A DNA stretch of 63,515 nucleotides, filler included, from Folioceros fuciformis (Eukaryota): assembly GCA_049999805.1 (NCBI GenBank). It is 11 parts of 11 records of this genome, joined end to end, with 100 filler letters (N's around TTAATTAATTAA, not from the genome) between each part and the next. Parts side by side here need not be neighbours in the genome. Positions count along the whole stretch, not along the records: positions 10,710 to 24,825 come from JBNGIO010003404.1; positions 24,926 to 35,687 come from JBNGIO010003405.1; positions 35,788 to 45,306 come from JBNGIO010003406.1; 8 more parts are not named here. The stretch is one strand, 5' to 3'. This document shows positions 24,577 through 35,987 of this stretch, one piece after another. The notes beneath the pieces were generated by a model that worked only from the letters and a program-made list of their open reading frames with translations, ran no database searches and was not told the origin of the DNA. Both the position numbers and the translations under genes were made by a program. Position 1 is the first letter of the stretch. The number at the start of each line of letters is the position of its first letter.

Positions 24577-24825
24577 AACCTTTGGCTAAATTGGATGGCA
24601 ATGGTGTATGGGGGGAAGGACCTAATACCCATCAAATCTTTGCTTTGGTGGACTTGGGAACAACTTTTGATTGCAACCTTTGGCTAAATTGGTCGGCAAT
24701 GGTGTATGGGGGGGAGGACCTAATGCCCATCAAATCTTTACTTTGGTGGACTTGGGAACAACTTTTGATTGCAACCTTTGGCTAAATTGGACGGCAATGG
24801 TGTATGGGGGGGAGGACCTAATGCC
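24577..24825. repeat. 98-bp tandem repeat, at least 2.5 copies, running into the contig end
   Basis: AACCTTTGGCTAAATTGG starts at 24577, 24675 and 24773. Confidence 0.92.
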
Positions 24826-24925
24826 NNNNNNNNNNNNNNNNNNNNNNNNNNNNNNNNNNNNNNNNNNNNTTAATTAATTAANNNNNNNNNNNNNNNNNNN
24901 NNNNNNNNNNNNNNNNNNNNNNNNN

Positions 24926-26430
24926 CCAGCAAATCGTGCAAGCAAAGCTTTCTAGATTTTTTCCACAGAGTTGGCTTGTATTGGTTTGAAGCTGAAGGTT
25001 TCTTGGTGTAGGGTTTCATCCACTTCCGTTGGATTGTCTCCTCTAGTCTTCTCAGGGGGGAAAATCACTTTCTCACAAGACCTTTGAGTTCTTGGGTTCC
25101 CGATGGGGCCTGTATCCTTTGTCCAAGGCTATATGGATGTGGTCCTTCATCAAGACCTAGCTCATGTTGATGACCTTACCAATTTAGGGGATCCATAGGT
25201 GGCTTTCAAAATTCTTTCCTCATGTTTCGCACGTCATCAAGGGTACCTTCTTCGGATAGAACCCCCTTCTTTAACATTTCTAGCAAGCTTGAGGAGCTTT
25301 AACAATAAGATCATGCAGGTTTTTGGTGAGATAATCCGCCGTGGTACTTTTGAGTGTGACGTGAGGGACCTTGCAAGGTGACAAGCGTCTCTTCCTATCT
25401 TGTTTGCGGGCATTGGTTTGTTGGCAACAGAGATTTTGGCACCAGCAGCATTTCTTGGGAGTTGGGGCCCTTTCTGCTCCTATTTTGGCTTCTTGTTTTC
25501 TCATTCGTGATGCCTACATTTTGGAATCTTTTGTCCTTAGTATCAAGGAGGGTGCCCTCCTTTTTCAAGTGTTCCTAAGATTAGCTAGGACTATTGTGCC
25601 TCAATTTTCATCTTTGTTTGCGGTGGGAATTCGTGGGCTCAAAGCTTCTCTTCTTTAGAAGGAATACTAGGAGATGCAGCTTAATACTCTTCGGAATTCT
25701 TCTATCCCTAGCCCATTTGGGCACGGCTTCGTTCATGCTCAAGAAAGGGTGCAGGCTCTTAGCTCTTGGCTTGATCTAGCATCTAGGGTTTCTTAATCGC
25801 ACCAACCACATTCTCTACTACGATGAGGTTTCGCCTTGGTTTGGTCCAACCTTTGACTTGCTCTCTCTCCTCTTGTAGTTGTGGGGTGCCTTTAGATAAC
25901 TCTAGTACTCATCTTGCTGTTGTTCTAGTGGGGCTCAACGGATTGCTACGCACGAAGCCTGGTGAGATGTCATGGTTTCATTGGCCAAGGAGGGTGGCTT
26001 TTTGCCCTTTAGGGAGCACTTGTACACTCTATTTAGTGGCGTTTTTTGTCGAGTTAACCTTTTCCTCATCTAGGGAGATCAACAAGTTTTTATTGCTCAC
26101 ATGGTTGTAACTGACACCACACGGGTCACAATCTGTAAGCATGCTATCCTTAACTCTTTGGGTTGGGGAGCAAAGTGGGGTGCATTAGCCAAGGTTCACA
26201 AGTACACCCCTTTACAAGTTGGACACACCTTTATCCCCCTTGCCATTGAGACGCACAAGGCCATGTGCAAGGCGTTTTTCAGGTTTCGGAAGTCTTGCGC
26301 CAAGGCGGTTCAGAATAGGAAAAATGGGCTTAGTCTTCCTCTTTCATAAATTGTCGTGTTTTTTCAGCTCTAGAGCGAGTGTTGGCTAATGCCATATATA
26401 GGACAACAACGTTGGCAAAAGAGGCAGCGT
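24926..26430 (+). mobile_element. Decayed CRE-like non-LTR retrotransposon (end of RT, zinc knuckle, restriction-like endonuclease)
   Basis: LACIGLKL and VLG.PMG (RT end), RFRLGL..CSCG..D...HL (zinc knuckle), VVTD..AK..KY..HTFIPLAIETH (RLE), then ALERVLANAI. Confidence 0.7.
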
Positions 26431-27870
26431 GTTGTGCTGTGCCGCTAAACATCGTACTCATGCATGGCTTATTAGTTAACAATACTCAAACCACACCACA
26501 TTACATACACATTAAACACTGCATGATAGTGCTGCAGCTCTAAGAGTTGAAGCGTTTGCATCCTTCAAACACCTCAAAATATACTAATGTCATTTATTAG
26601 CATCACTTAATTACTAATGTCATTTATTAGTATCACTTAAGTATTAACTAATTACTATTTGCGTGCTTCTGAGCCACAGCACACAATCATGTTTGACAGA
26701 CGTCAGCAACCTTAGTGGAAGGTAGACCCTTTTTCCTCCTTGACCATGATGTTTTAGGTGCTGTTTGTGGTCTTTAGGCTTCAAGGGATTAAGCCCTTAG
26801 TGTTCCTTTCATGGTTTATCCCCCTCTCTAGAAATAAATGGGTTTTTCCATCTTATTTTTTAAAATAAATTAAAAAAACTTAAAAATATCATAAAGATTA
26901 ATTTATGATTAATATACACATTCTTAATCTACACAAGAGAAAAAGGAGAAAAGATCTACATATTAAAAGATCCAAAATATATATGATTAAGAAAAAAGAA
27001 AAGAAAGATATGACAAATGTAGGATTTTCTTATCTTTCCTTATAGCTAATGTGAAGGCAATTTCCTTCTTCTCATTTATGGATATAATTGATATAGGATG
27101 TTTTTCTTGTTTATAAATATATTAGATATAGGAATTTTCTTTCTTTTTGTATGGTGATCATCAATATGACTCTTTTTTTTTTTTGTCATTTATGTTTGAA
27201 AGCTTTGCCTATTAACTCTTTGTTTACATCTATATTGTCTATATTGTGAAAGACGTATAAAATCCTCTTTGGGTCTCCGTTTTTCTTCTTTTCCTTAGGC
27301 TTTCTCTCTTTAGGTCTCCCTTTTCTTTGTTTTTGCCAATGGCCCTCCCTCCCCTGGTCTCCTTAGTTTTGGACCCCTCTCTCGGGTGTCCTTGTTTCGG
27401 TCGTTTGGCCCTCTCTCCGAGTCTTCCAGTTTTGGTCGTGCGGCCTTCTATCTTAGGGTCTTCCCTGTTTGGTGCTTTGGCACACTCGCTCTCTGGGNNN
27501 NNNNNNNNNNNNNNNNNNNNNNNNNNNNNNNNNNNNNNNNNNNNNNNNNNNNNNNNNNNNNNNNNNNNNNNNNNNNNNNNNNNNNNNNNNNNNNNNNCGA
27601 CCACTCGCCGACCACTTTGCTCGCCAGCCAAGTGGACTTCCCTGCCTGCCGGTACCGACCTTTACCCCCTGGGTCGACCTCTAGCCTGCCGACTCCTTGG
27701 CCCGCTAGATCGAGGGCCCTGCCCCGGACCTGGCCCGCCGGCTCATTTTCCAGGTCCTGAGATTTCCCGCTTTTTTAAGTTAATATTTTTTAATATTAAT
27801 GTTTTTACATACACGATGTGCCATATTTTTTGTGAGAGAATTCGTTTGGGATTTACCCTGGGTGGTCGAC

Positions 27871-29713
27871 CTAGCGTTCACTTTTCGTGAAACCGGTGGG
27901 AATCATGACGACCTTCTCCTCGTTGGACTCCGCAGTTGCGTCTGTCGAAGTTTCCAGTTCACCCGCTGCTTCATCGGGGTTCTCCCCCGCAACAATTGTC
28001 TCCAGCCTGATGTGACCTACGCCTATGCTGACTCCATCCTCTAGCTCATGGTCCAGCTGTGATTGCACTCTCGCCGTGTCTCGATCTCTCGGGTAGGTGC
28101 AATACACAAAACTGTAAACGGCACAGCATACAGCGAGAGGGATTCCGATGCACGCGTACAGGGCATGAGCCAACGACATTGCATTCTTCCGGTCTGTTGC
28201 TACTTCGTGCTGAAAGTCAACACCTGATGCAGGAGCCACATAACCGAAGAGCGTCTGAGCCAGATACCCCACAAACGGGGGAGCAAATGCTGCCAACAGG
28301 CTCTCGAATGACCTGTCCAACGCATATATGTTGGTTCTGGCCTTCTCTGGTACGATCTCTGCGAATATGGGGCTGCAAGAAAGGGGATATCGGTCATCAA
28401 GACTAGTTAAGTCTTCAGCAAACGAGAAATGAAGATGGCAGAGGGGAGCTCACTTATTTGTAGCAGGTGCATTCCAGGAGATAAGGAATCCCATGACGAT
28501 GAAAACAAGAGCGTAGAAGAACCAATACGAAGGGTCATCTGGCAAGGCGAGGAGTAGAACCCCTGCCATTGGAACTCCTACACCGGAGCTGATCTGAGAA
28601 AGAATAATCCTTCCCGTGTTGGGAAGACGTGTTGACAGATAGTCTCCCATCTTTCCGCCAAAAAGAGCCCCACAGGATGTGGCCACTGTCCATAAGCCCA
28701 AAAGCCCGGCTGTCATTGAGTGCGAGAAACCAACGAGCTCCAGCCACATCGGAGCGAATGCCAATGCTCCCCAGGCAAAGCTTCCTGCAATTCCCTGTAC
28801 TACAATAATCTGAAACGTCCGTACCCCGGTGACAATCTTGGCTTCCTCTACCATCTCCTTCAAATCTGACCACATCACAGCCAGACCTTTCCCTTCTCGC
28901 TTATGCCTGTTGCTCCAGACACACACTCAGGGTTGTTAACAGAGCAGCCTGAAGAAGACGTGCAGAAAGCTGGAGCAAGCCTGAAGCACATACAACTAAC
29001 TTAACAAAGATACTGACGCCCAAGCATGGACCCGTGGATCAACGCTGTAAGTGTGTACGAAATACGCCACCACAAGACTGATGGCTGCCACGAGATGAAA
29101 GGACAGTCTCCATCCAGCTAGTCCCAACACTGTTGTTTCTGCTAGAAACAGTGCTAGTGTGCCACCAAGTATGGAACCGATGCTGCTGGTGACTGCCAGC
29201 CAACCAAAAGCAGTTCCACGGTTGTCGTCATCAGTGGAGTCTGCTACCAATGACTGTATCGCAGGAATAACAATCGCCAACCCCACGCCATTCAGTGCCC
29301 TCGACACTGCCACCTGCATAACCCAACCAGTCGCACCGAAAGTTTATTCCTCAACTCCAAAAAGCCTTCCGAAGGGCTTCATTCGAAAAGGGAGAGAACA
29401 CATGGAATACCTCCGGAAAAGAAGTGGAGACGCCTACGAAAAAAGTGGCCACCGCCCAGAGAATTGCTCCCAGCGCAATCACACTGGCACGATTGTGATG
29501 GACAGACAAGTACGCTGCCAGCGGAAAACATAGTGACTGGGTAAGGGACCGCACGAATGTGAGGGAGCCAAGCTGAAAAGGTGAAGCATCCAACGCCCTT
29601 CCAAGCTCCTTGTACACCGCCGGCAGCAGTGCCTCGTCTGCTCTTTCCATTATAGCTGCCAGATTGACAAGGAGCAAACTACGGCTCCGTTCATCCTGCA
29701 GGACGTTCCCCAT
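27871..29713 (-). CDS. Major facilitator superfamily transporter (spinster/UNE2-like), 4 exons
   Basis: LLLVNLAAIMERADEALLPAVYKE, VSRALNGVGLAIVIPAIQSLVADSTDDDNRG.AFGWL, TFQIIVVQG, SWNAPATN|NPIFAEIVP and YCTYPRDRD. Confidence 0.93.
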
Positions 29714-30330
29714 ATGGTGCCCTCCTTGCGATCACATACCGTCCCCCCTCAGTGTTCGAGCGCCCGCACTCCTAAAGCTGGCAAGTTCAGATCCTGGGCA
29801 CCAGAACCGGCAAGCAACGCTCCACATTCCTGGGTCTTCAAGCCTACAGAACAGTGGAAACAGCTTTCTTCCAATTTGGCATTACATAACCCATAGCTCT
29901 CCCGTTCCGGAAATCAAAACAACCACGCCGCCCACGTGCCGCACCCTGGGCTGGGGATCGGGAGATTTCTAAGCCTTCAGACTACATACAATGCTGTGTA
30001 GCGGTGGCACTCGGTCCTCCCAGACTCTCGGGTCAGAGTCAGACGATATACAACAATTTACCCCAAGATTCCTGATATCGGCCACTCTATGGTTGTCTCG
30101 TGAATCACGCCAGGTTTCAATCAAAGCGTTCCAGACATAAAAGGATCATTTTCGAGGTGAAAAATGTACAGAAAGCGTTGGAAGCGCCTAATTGTATGCC
30201 TGGCATGTGCTTGGCAAGCGAAAATGTGTCAAAAGACGAACGAACTGACTGCACATTTTTGGACACGTCTCTCAACTTGTGGAAACATTCTACCTAAGCG
30301 GGATCCCTCCTTAAAACTCGTCCGAACTTC

Positions 30331-31104
30331 CTAACTCTCACTCCTAGGAGGCTTGTCCGAAGCGACAGTCACCTGCAAAAAAAAAGCTATATCGATCAGC
30401 ATCCGTGGCAAGAGGATGAGGCGCGCGGAGGGAAAGGCTAGCATCTCTTACCACGTCCGACGACGGCTCCCACTCGTTTGTCGCCGGATTTGTTCTCGAG
30501 TGACCTGTGTAGAGGTTGCTGTACGGATCTTCAGACTCCACATGGAAGGCTTCCGGGCCCTCCACCGTCACCTTGATGAAGCCCGAGCCGGTCTGGCCAA
30601 ATCACACCAAACCGCACGTCAGAAACATCGCCATCGACTCCCAAACAATCCAGACTCATCAGCCTTACAACGCCGCGCACCGTGTGATGCTGCCCGGACT
30701 CAGCAACAAGCAAATCCTTGTAGTATTCGGTCTCCACGAACTCCTCCCCGCTCACAACGCCGTTCCCCGTGAAATCCAGGTGCTGCATTTCATCCAATAC
30801 AAACGAAAACATCAGATCTGAAAATGCGCAGCATGTCTCCACAAACGCAAAGCTCTATCATTGCACCGACGCCAGACCCAACCTCATCGCTAGCCTCCAG
30901 CTCCTGAAACTTGCGGAGCTCGGGAATCTCGGGGGGGACTTGTCCGTTCACCTCCCCCTCCTCCTCGTCGCTGCGCGCGGGCTTGTGAGGCCGCTTCGGC
31001 GCAGCAGCCTCGAAGATGTCGCGGACTTCCCGCTCCCCACGTAGCTGGTCCTCGCGGGAGATGAGCTCGTCACTCCGGCTCGGCTTCAAGGCGTCTAAAC
31101 CCAT
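30331..31104 (-). CDS. MEE59: MEE59-like protein, 4 exons
   Basis: KPSRSDE..APKRPHKPARSD..IPEL; EEFVETEYYKDL..QHHT|TGSGFIKV..NPATNEWEP; last exon VTVASDKPPRSES*. Confidence 0.8.
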
Positions 31105-31360
31105 AGCGACTGGACAAGGGCCGCCAGCAGAGGTCCAGACCAAGCGGACGAAAGCGCGCACGAAGAGAAGCTCGTGCCGAAGTGCAAGGGGTGCAGGGAT
31201 ATATGATACTTGGAATGCCTTGTGGAAGATTCACGACAAGATATTTACACGACGTGTTCCATGGGCCTCGGCCACGCCAGCCTCCACATGACCCCGCTCG
31301 AACTGTAGAGATAACGACACCTGAGCAATCGTCCGACCCACGTCACAACCAACACGGACG

Positions 31361-34300
31361 TCAACATTGCCATCTATCATCCAGATCGTGTGATTCCTCC
31401 GTATGCGAGCTGTGAGTCCTTAGTGCCTTGTGTGCCCGATAAGAGGAGTAATCTGATCTTGATCCACGCCTTCTCGACCGGCTTCCATCCCTGTCAAAAG
31501 CCGCCCTTTCGTCAGACTCTACCGGTCTTTCATTAGATCTCCTTCTGCTAACTTCGGCTAATCGCTCCTCGCCGTCCAGATCACCGGAATCTACAGCTTT
31601 GCGCTTTATGGAGGAACTTCTCTCCTCTTTCACATCGTCCTCGTACCGCAAATGCCTTGCCTGTTTACGGCTTCTAGAGCTGCTTCTCTCACGCCTGGAT
31701 GGTCTGTCTTCTCCACACCTTCTGATCCTACTCCGATCGCTTTGGAAAGCGCGTTCATCCTCAGACTCGACTGCACAGGGGTCCGTGGTTCCTCTGACGC
31801 TATTCCAACCTCCCGAGGACTTGTCGACAGTGCTATGCTCCCTGGTTGATGATTTACATAATCGTGACCTGCTGCCGCTGTGGCTTTCACCCCTGTCTGC
31901 TAGTTTGTCACAGGAGCCTGACCTTGGGCGCCTGGGTCCTGCTTCGCTTTCGACCGGGTCCAAATCGGGGGATTGGCGGTGGTGATCCTCCCTGTCACTG
32001 GAGCGGCTGCGGGCACGACTCCTACTGCTCCTGTGAAAATGTTCCGATGCCCTGCTCCGATGCGACCTCTCTCCGTTCTCGATGTGCACGTCTTCCCTTA
32101 TCTGCTTGGTCCCCCCTTTATAACTAAAAAGCTGGTCCATCATGCACTGCCAAAATCTTGGTGGCGGCAAATCCCAGTCGGCCCAAGCGTACTCACCCCG
32201 AGGATTCCGGAAGCAATGTAGGAAGTTGCACACCGTTCCACGCGAACAAGGCTGTCAACAAGGACAGAACAGGCATATGAATCACAGGAAAAAAGTTCAT
32301 AACCCAGAATGCACTAATCAGAAAAGCCCCGAGAAGTGCAATGGGACAACGCACATGGCCTTTAGAACCATACCCTGTATTTGGCCCTCATGTACTCTCC
32401 ACATATGGCCACTCTCCATCGGGTAATTCCGACGAACTCACACGTGATCTGCGAAAAAACATATCAAACCGAGTTCCAATTGGTGAGGGGCACGTCTCAT
32501 GCATAAAAAAAAATCATACTAGCTGAGAACAGGTCAGCAACCTTTACGGATGTGCGTCTGCAGTCACTCCGGTCAGCCAAACAGAAACAAAAATATGGAC
32601 AAGAAGCAGGGAAGCTTGCAACTGGCTTGTGAGAGGACCTGCTTTGAAGCATAATACCGCCCATTCATAGAGCTGTAGGCGAGCATAGCATCCTCATTCG
32701 ATCGGTATTGGACGTATACATTGCCTCGTAAATGAGATGAGGCATTCCTGCATACCTGTACACAGGAGAATGAGAAGGAAGGCGATGAAGTGTGACCGCA
32801 CGTACAACCAACAATAACAAGACCAGTCACCTTGAAATTCACAAGTTCCCCGCATTTTTGAAATTCCTCGTGGACATCGTCGTAAAACTCTTCAAAGTGG
32901 TCGTAGATTTCCTCCTCAGTGTACTGTCATCCATTAAGCAGCCAAAAACACCATAAAATGGCCATACGTAGCCCTCACAGAGCTAAGGCCAACAGGTCCT
33001 GGCATTCTAACTTCTCTGACAAGAGTTACAATCAAGGAGACTTCCAAACACAATGCACCAAAGGGTTGCAACTTCACAATTATTCACTTTTCCGACAACG
33101 AAGTTCAATATCTACAGCAAATTATGCAATAACAAAGGTGCGGAGCTCTACAGTTAACGGCAGGATACGGAACGGCTCACATATCTTGGGCCTCAGCAAA
33201 GAGGTGCTGTCCACCTCCGATCACAGTAGTTGTGCAAGTACATTCTGGAGGAAACAGTTAAAAAAACTATGCACTGCACACCCAGCTGAGCCAGCAACTT
33301 CTAGTAATCACTGCTTCAGAGCATTCATGAAACAAGGGACGTAATGCTCCACACATGACACAGTCTTATGGCGTGCGACTCACACACAGGAACATGATGA
33401 CCACATAACCTCTGGAGGTTACTTGCCGTACTCCCCTGAAACCATGCTCAAACACAATACAGACCAATGCCAACCACAAGACATGGACAATACAAACCTC
33501 TAGCCCATCTTCATGCTCCCAAGCCAGGCCTGGGCCAGTGTACATGTTCCTTATAAGCAAGGTACAAGATTTATCTGGATACACATGAGCGCGACTGCAA
33601 GAAACTCCAAAGCGGCACACTCCAGTCTTGATATGGAAAGGGCAATGTGTTTTGTCCTGAGGATAGAGCGCAGAGGAAAAAATGTTCTCAGTTTTCGTCA
33701 CGAAGGCAGACAAAAATAATTGCTCTAAAGCAAACATTGGAGACTGCCCACCTGCTCAGTTCCGAAATTCCGAATTTTCTCAGCACTTTCCGAAGGACTG
33801 GTAGGTTCTGCGCGCCGTTGAGCTGCAAATGCTGTACCCTGAGGTGGCAGAGGATTTGATGATGGCGCCTGCTCTTTCTGCACGAAAAAACCGCACAATG
33901 AGACACCTTTAAGAGCAGAAAACAGGCTTATCCTCTGCTAAAACCTACCTCACGCCCGGCACGATCAAAATACCTCATTAGTTTGGCCACCGACAGCCTT
34001 CAGAACCTTCTTCTTGGGCTTTTTGAAGATGATCTCGTTTCCTTGCCAGATTATCTGAGCTGGTCCATCGTCGACATACTCCCATCCCTCTTCAAGCTGA
34101 TCCTCTTCCGCCAGCTTCCTGGCCTCTTCCTCCTCTTGCTGCAAAGCCAGTAACGGGCCCTCAGTCACTCATCCAATCAGCTGCATAAGAAACAAACCTC
34201 CGACGGCAACACACTCATCCATCCATCTAACCTGGCGAGCCAGGTCATCCTGTAGCCGCCGCTCGGCCTCCTTCCTGTCCTGCTCATCCCTTTCAAGCCA

Positions 34301-34765
34301 GAGCTGCCTCAGACTATCATTCTCAGCCTGCTCCCGAGCCAAAGCCTCCCCTTCTCGCTGCTCCTCTAACCGTATCCTGGCCTGTTCGTCCGGATCAGCC
34401 AGCCGGGCCTCCTCCTCTGCCTTCCTCGCCACAGCCATATCCTGCCGCACTCGCTTTCTCTTCCACTTCTTCAACGCTTTCCGCTTATCCTTTCTGCACA
34501 CCATCCCGGCAGCCATCTGCGCCGCCGCGGCGTCCTCTGATGCGTCTCCATTGCAAGATGTTTCGTTCCCATTGTGACACATTGTAACCATTGATCCACT
34601 CACAATCCGAATTTCCTCCTTGCCCTCCGCAAACGAGACGCCTCCCACACCTCCCACTTCCTCTGCCTTGTCACATCCATCCTCGTCCTCCACCTCAGGG
34701 ACAGCTTCTGCAACCCCGTCTTCTAGGCCACCGGGGGGAGACAGATCCACGACAAGCGGACACAT
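31361..34765 (-). CDS. ZRSR2: U2AF35-related protein ZRSR2/URP/RGH3 (CCCH-UHM-CCCH-RS), 8 exons
   Basis: [77 protein letters not shown]..|[17 protein letters not shown]..|[16 protein letters not shown], with an acidic coiled-coil N-terminus and RS-rich C-terminus. Confidence 0.93.
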
Positions 34766-35987
34766 AGTTCCTACTCAAATCTCCCACAGCGGCCGCATCA
34801 CATTCCGGCCCACAAGGCCGTGCACAAATTCATACAACTGCCATCGGTGATCATCAAACCCCTACCATAATTCATGCACGAAGTGGTAGCGAATGATAAC
34901 GCAAACAAATGCTTTAGCTCGTCCTTTTCCACTATGAGAACTATAATAAATATAGTCGGACTTCCCCGGATTGGAAATTCTATGAAAGGGACCTGTCCAT
35001 TAGTGGACGTTCCGTCCCAATCCATATTTATTATATACAAAATAGGTTTAAATATTAATATAATATTTTAACACTTTTGAAATGGACAAGAAGGGGCTAG
35101 TCTGATGATTTGGTGCCTCTTAGTGTTATTGCTTTCATCCTGGGCTCTTTTTTTTTTATAATAAAATTATATATATATATATAGATATTAATACACAAAT
35201 CTCAAAGATGTTATCTAATAATAGTAGAGAAAAAATTTGAGGATAGGCAAGAGTTGGTCTTTTTCTCATAGGGTTTAACAAGGTAGTAGCAAGTAGAATG
35301 TGTGCCAAGGGTTCGAGAAATCCTAAATGCTCAAAACCCAAGATGAAACATTAGTTGTTGTCATGAAGAATCTGACAGAAATACTTACGTGTAGTTTAGA
35401 TTAGTGAGATTGGAGTAATTACATTGAGGATGCACTGTACATAGCTCTTTGCTTCAAGATGTGCAAGGATTGTGGATGATCTTGATTTCCACTATAGGAC
35501 ATTGATGACAATAGCATCTTCTATGTGAAGAAGAATAACAACATAGAAGAAAAATGAGGTGAGAAGTGAAAAGAGTGTTAAATCTAATTTGGTAGCTGCC
35601 ATGCATCTTTCTAAAGTGAAGATGCCTTGCATGCTTCAGGCTGTCACACTTGAAGATGCATGCTAGTTCATGCTGTCACATTGAAGGNNNNNNNNNNNNN
35701 NNNNNNNNNNNNNNNNNNNNNNNNNNNNNNNTTAATTAATTAANNNNNNNNNNNNNNNNNNNNNNNNNNNNNNNNNNNNNNNNNNNNCTTCAAATACAAA
35801 TTTAGCTCCATAATCTTCGAGCAAGTCAAAATTAAAACTTCTTAATGCTTCTTTCCCTTCGTACCTCAACAGAGGTTTTGCATTATCCAAGAGTTTTAAA
35901 AACTTAGTGTTGAACTCTACACAAGTAATAGAAGCAAGAATGTTTTCAAGCAAAGAGAAGTGAGAGTATTCCAAAGCCTTTATTATC

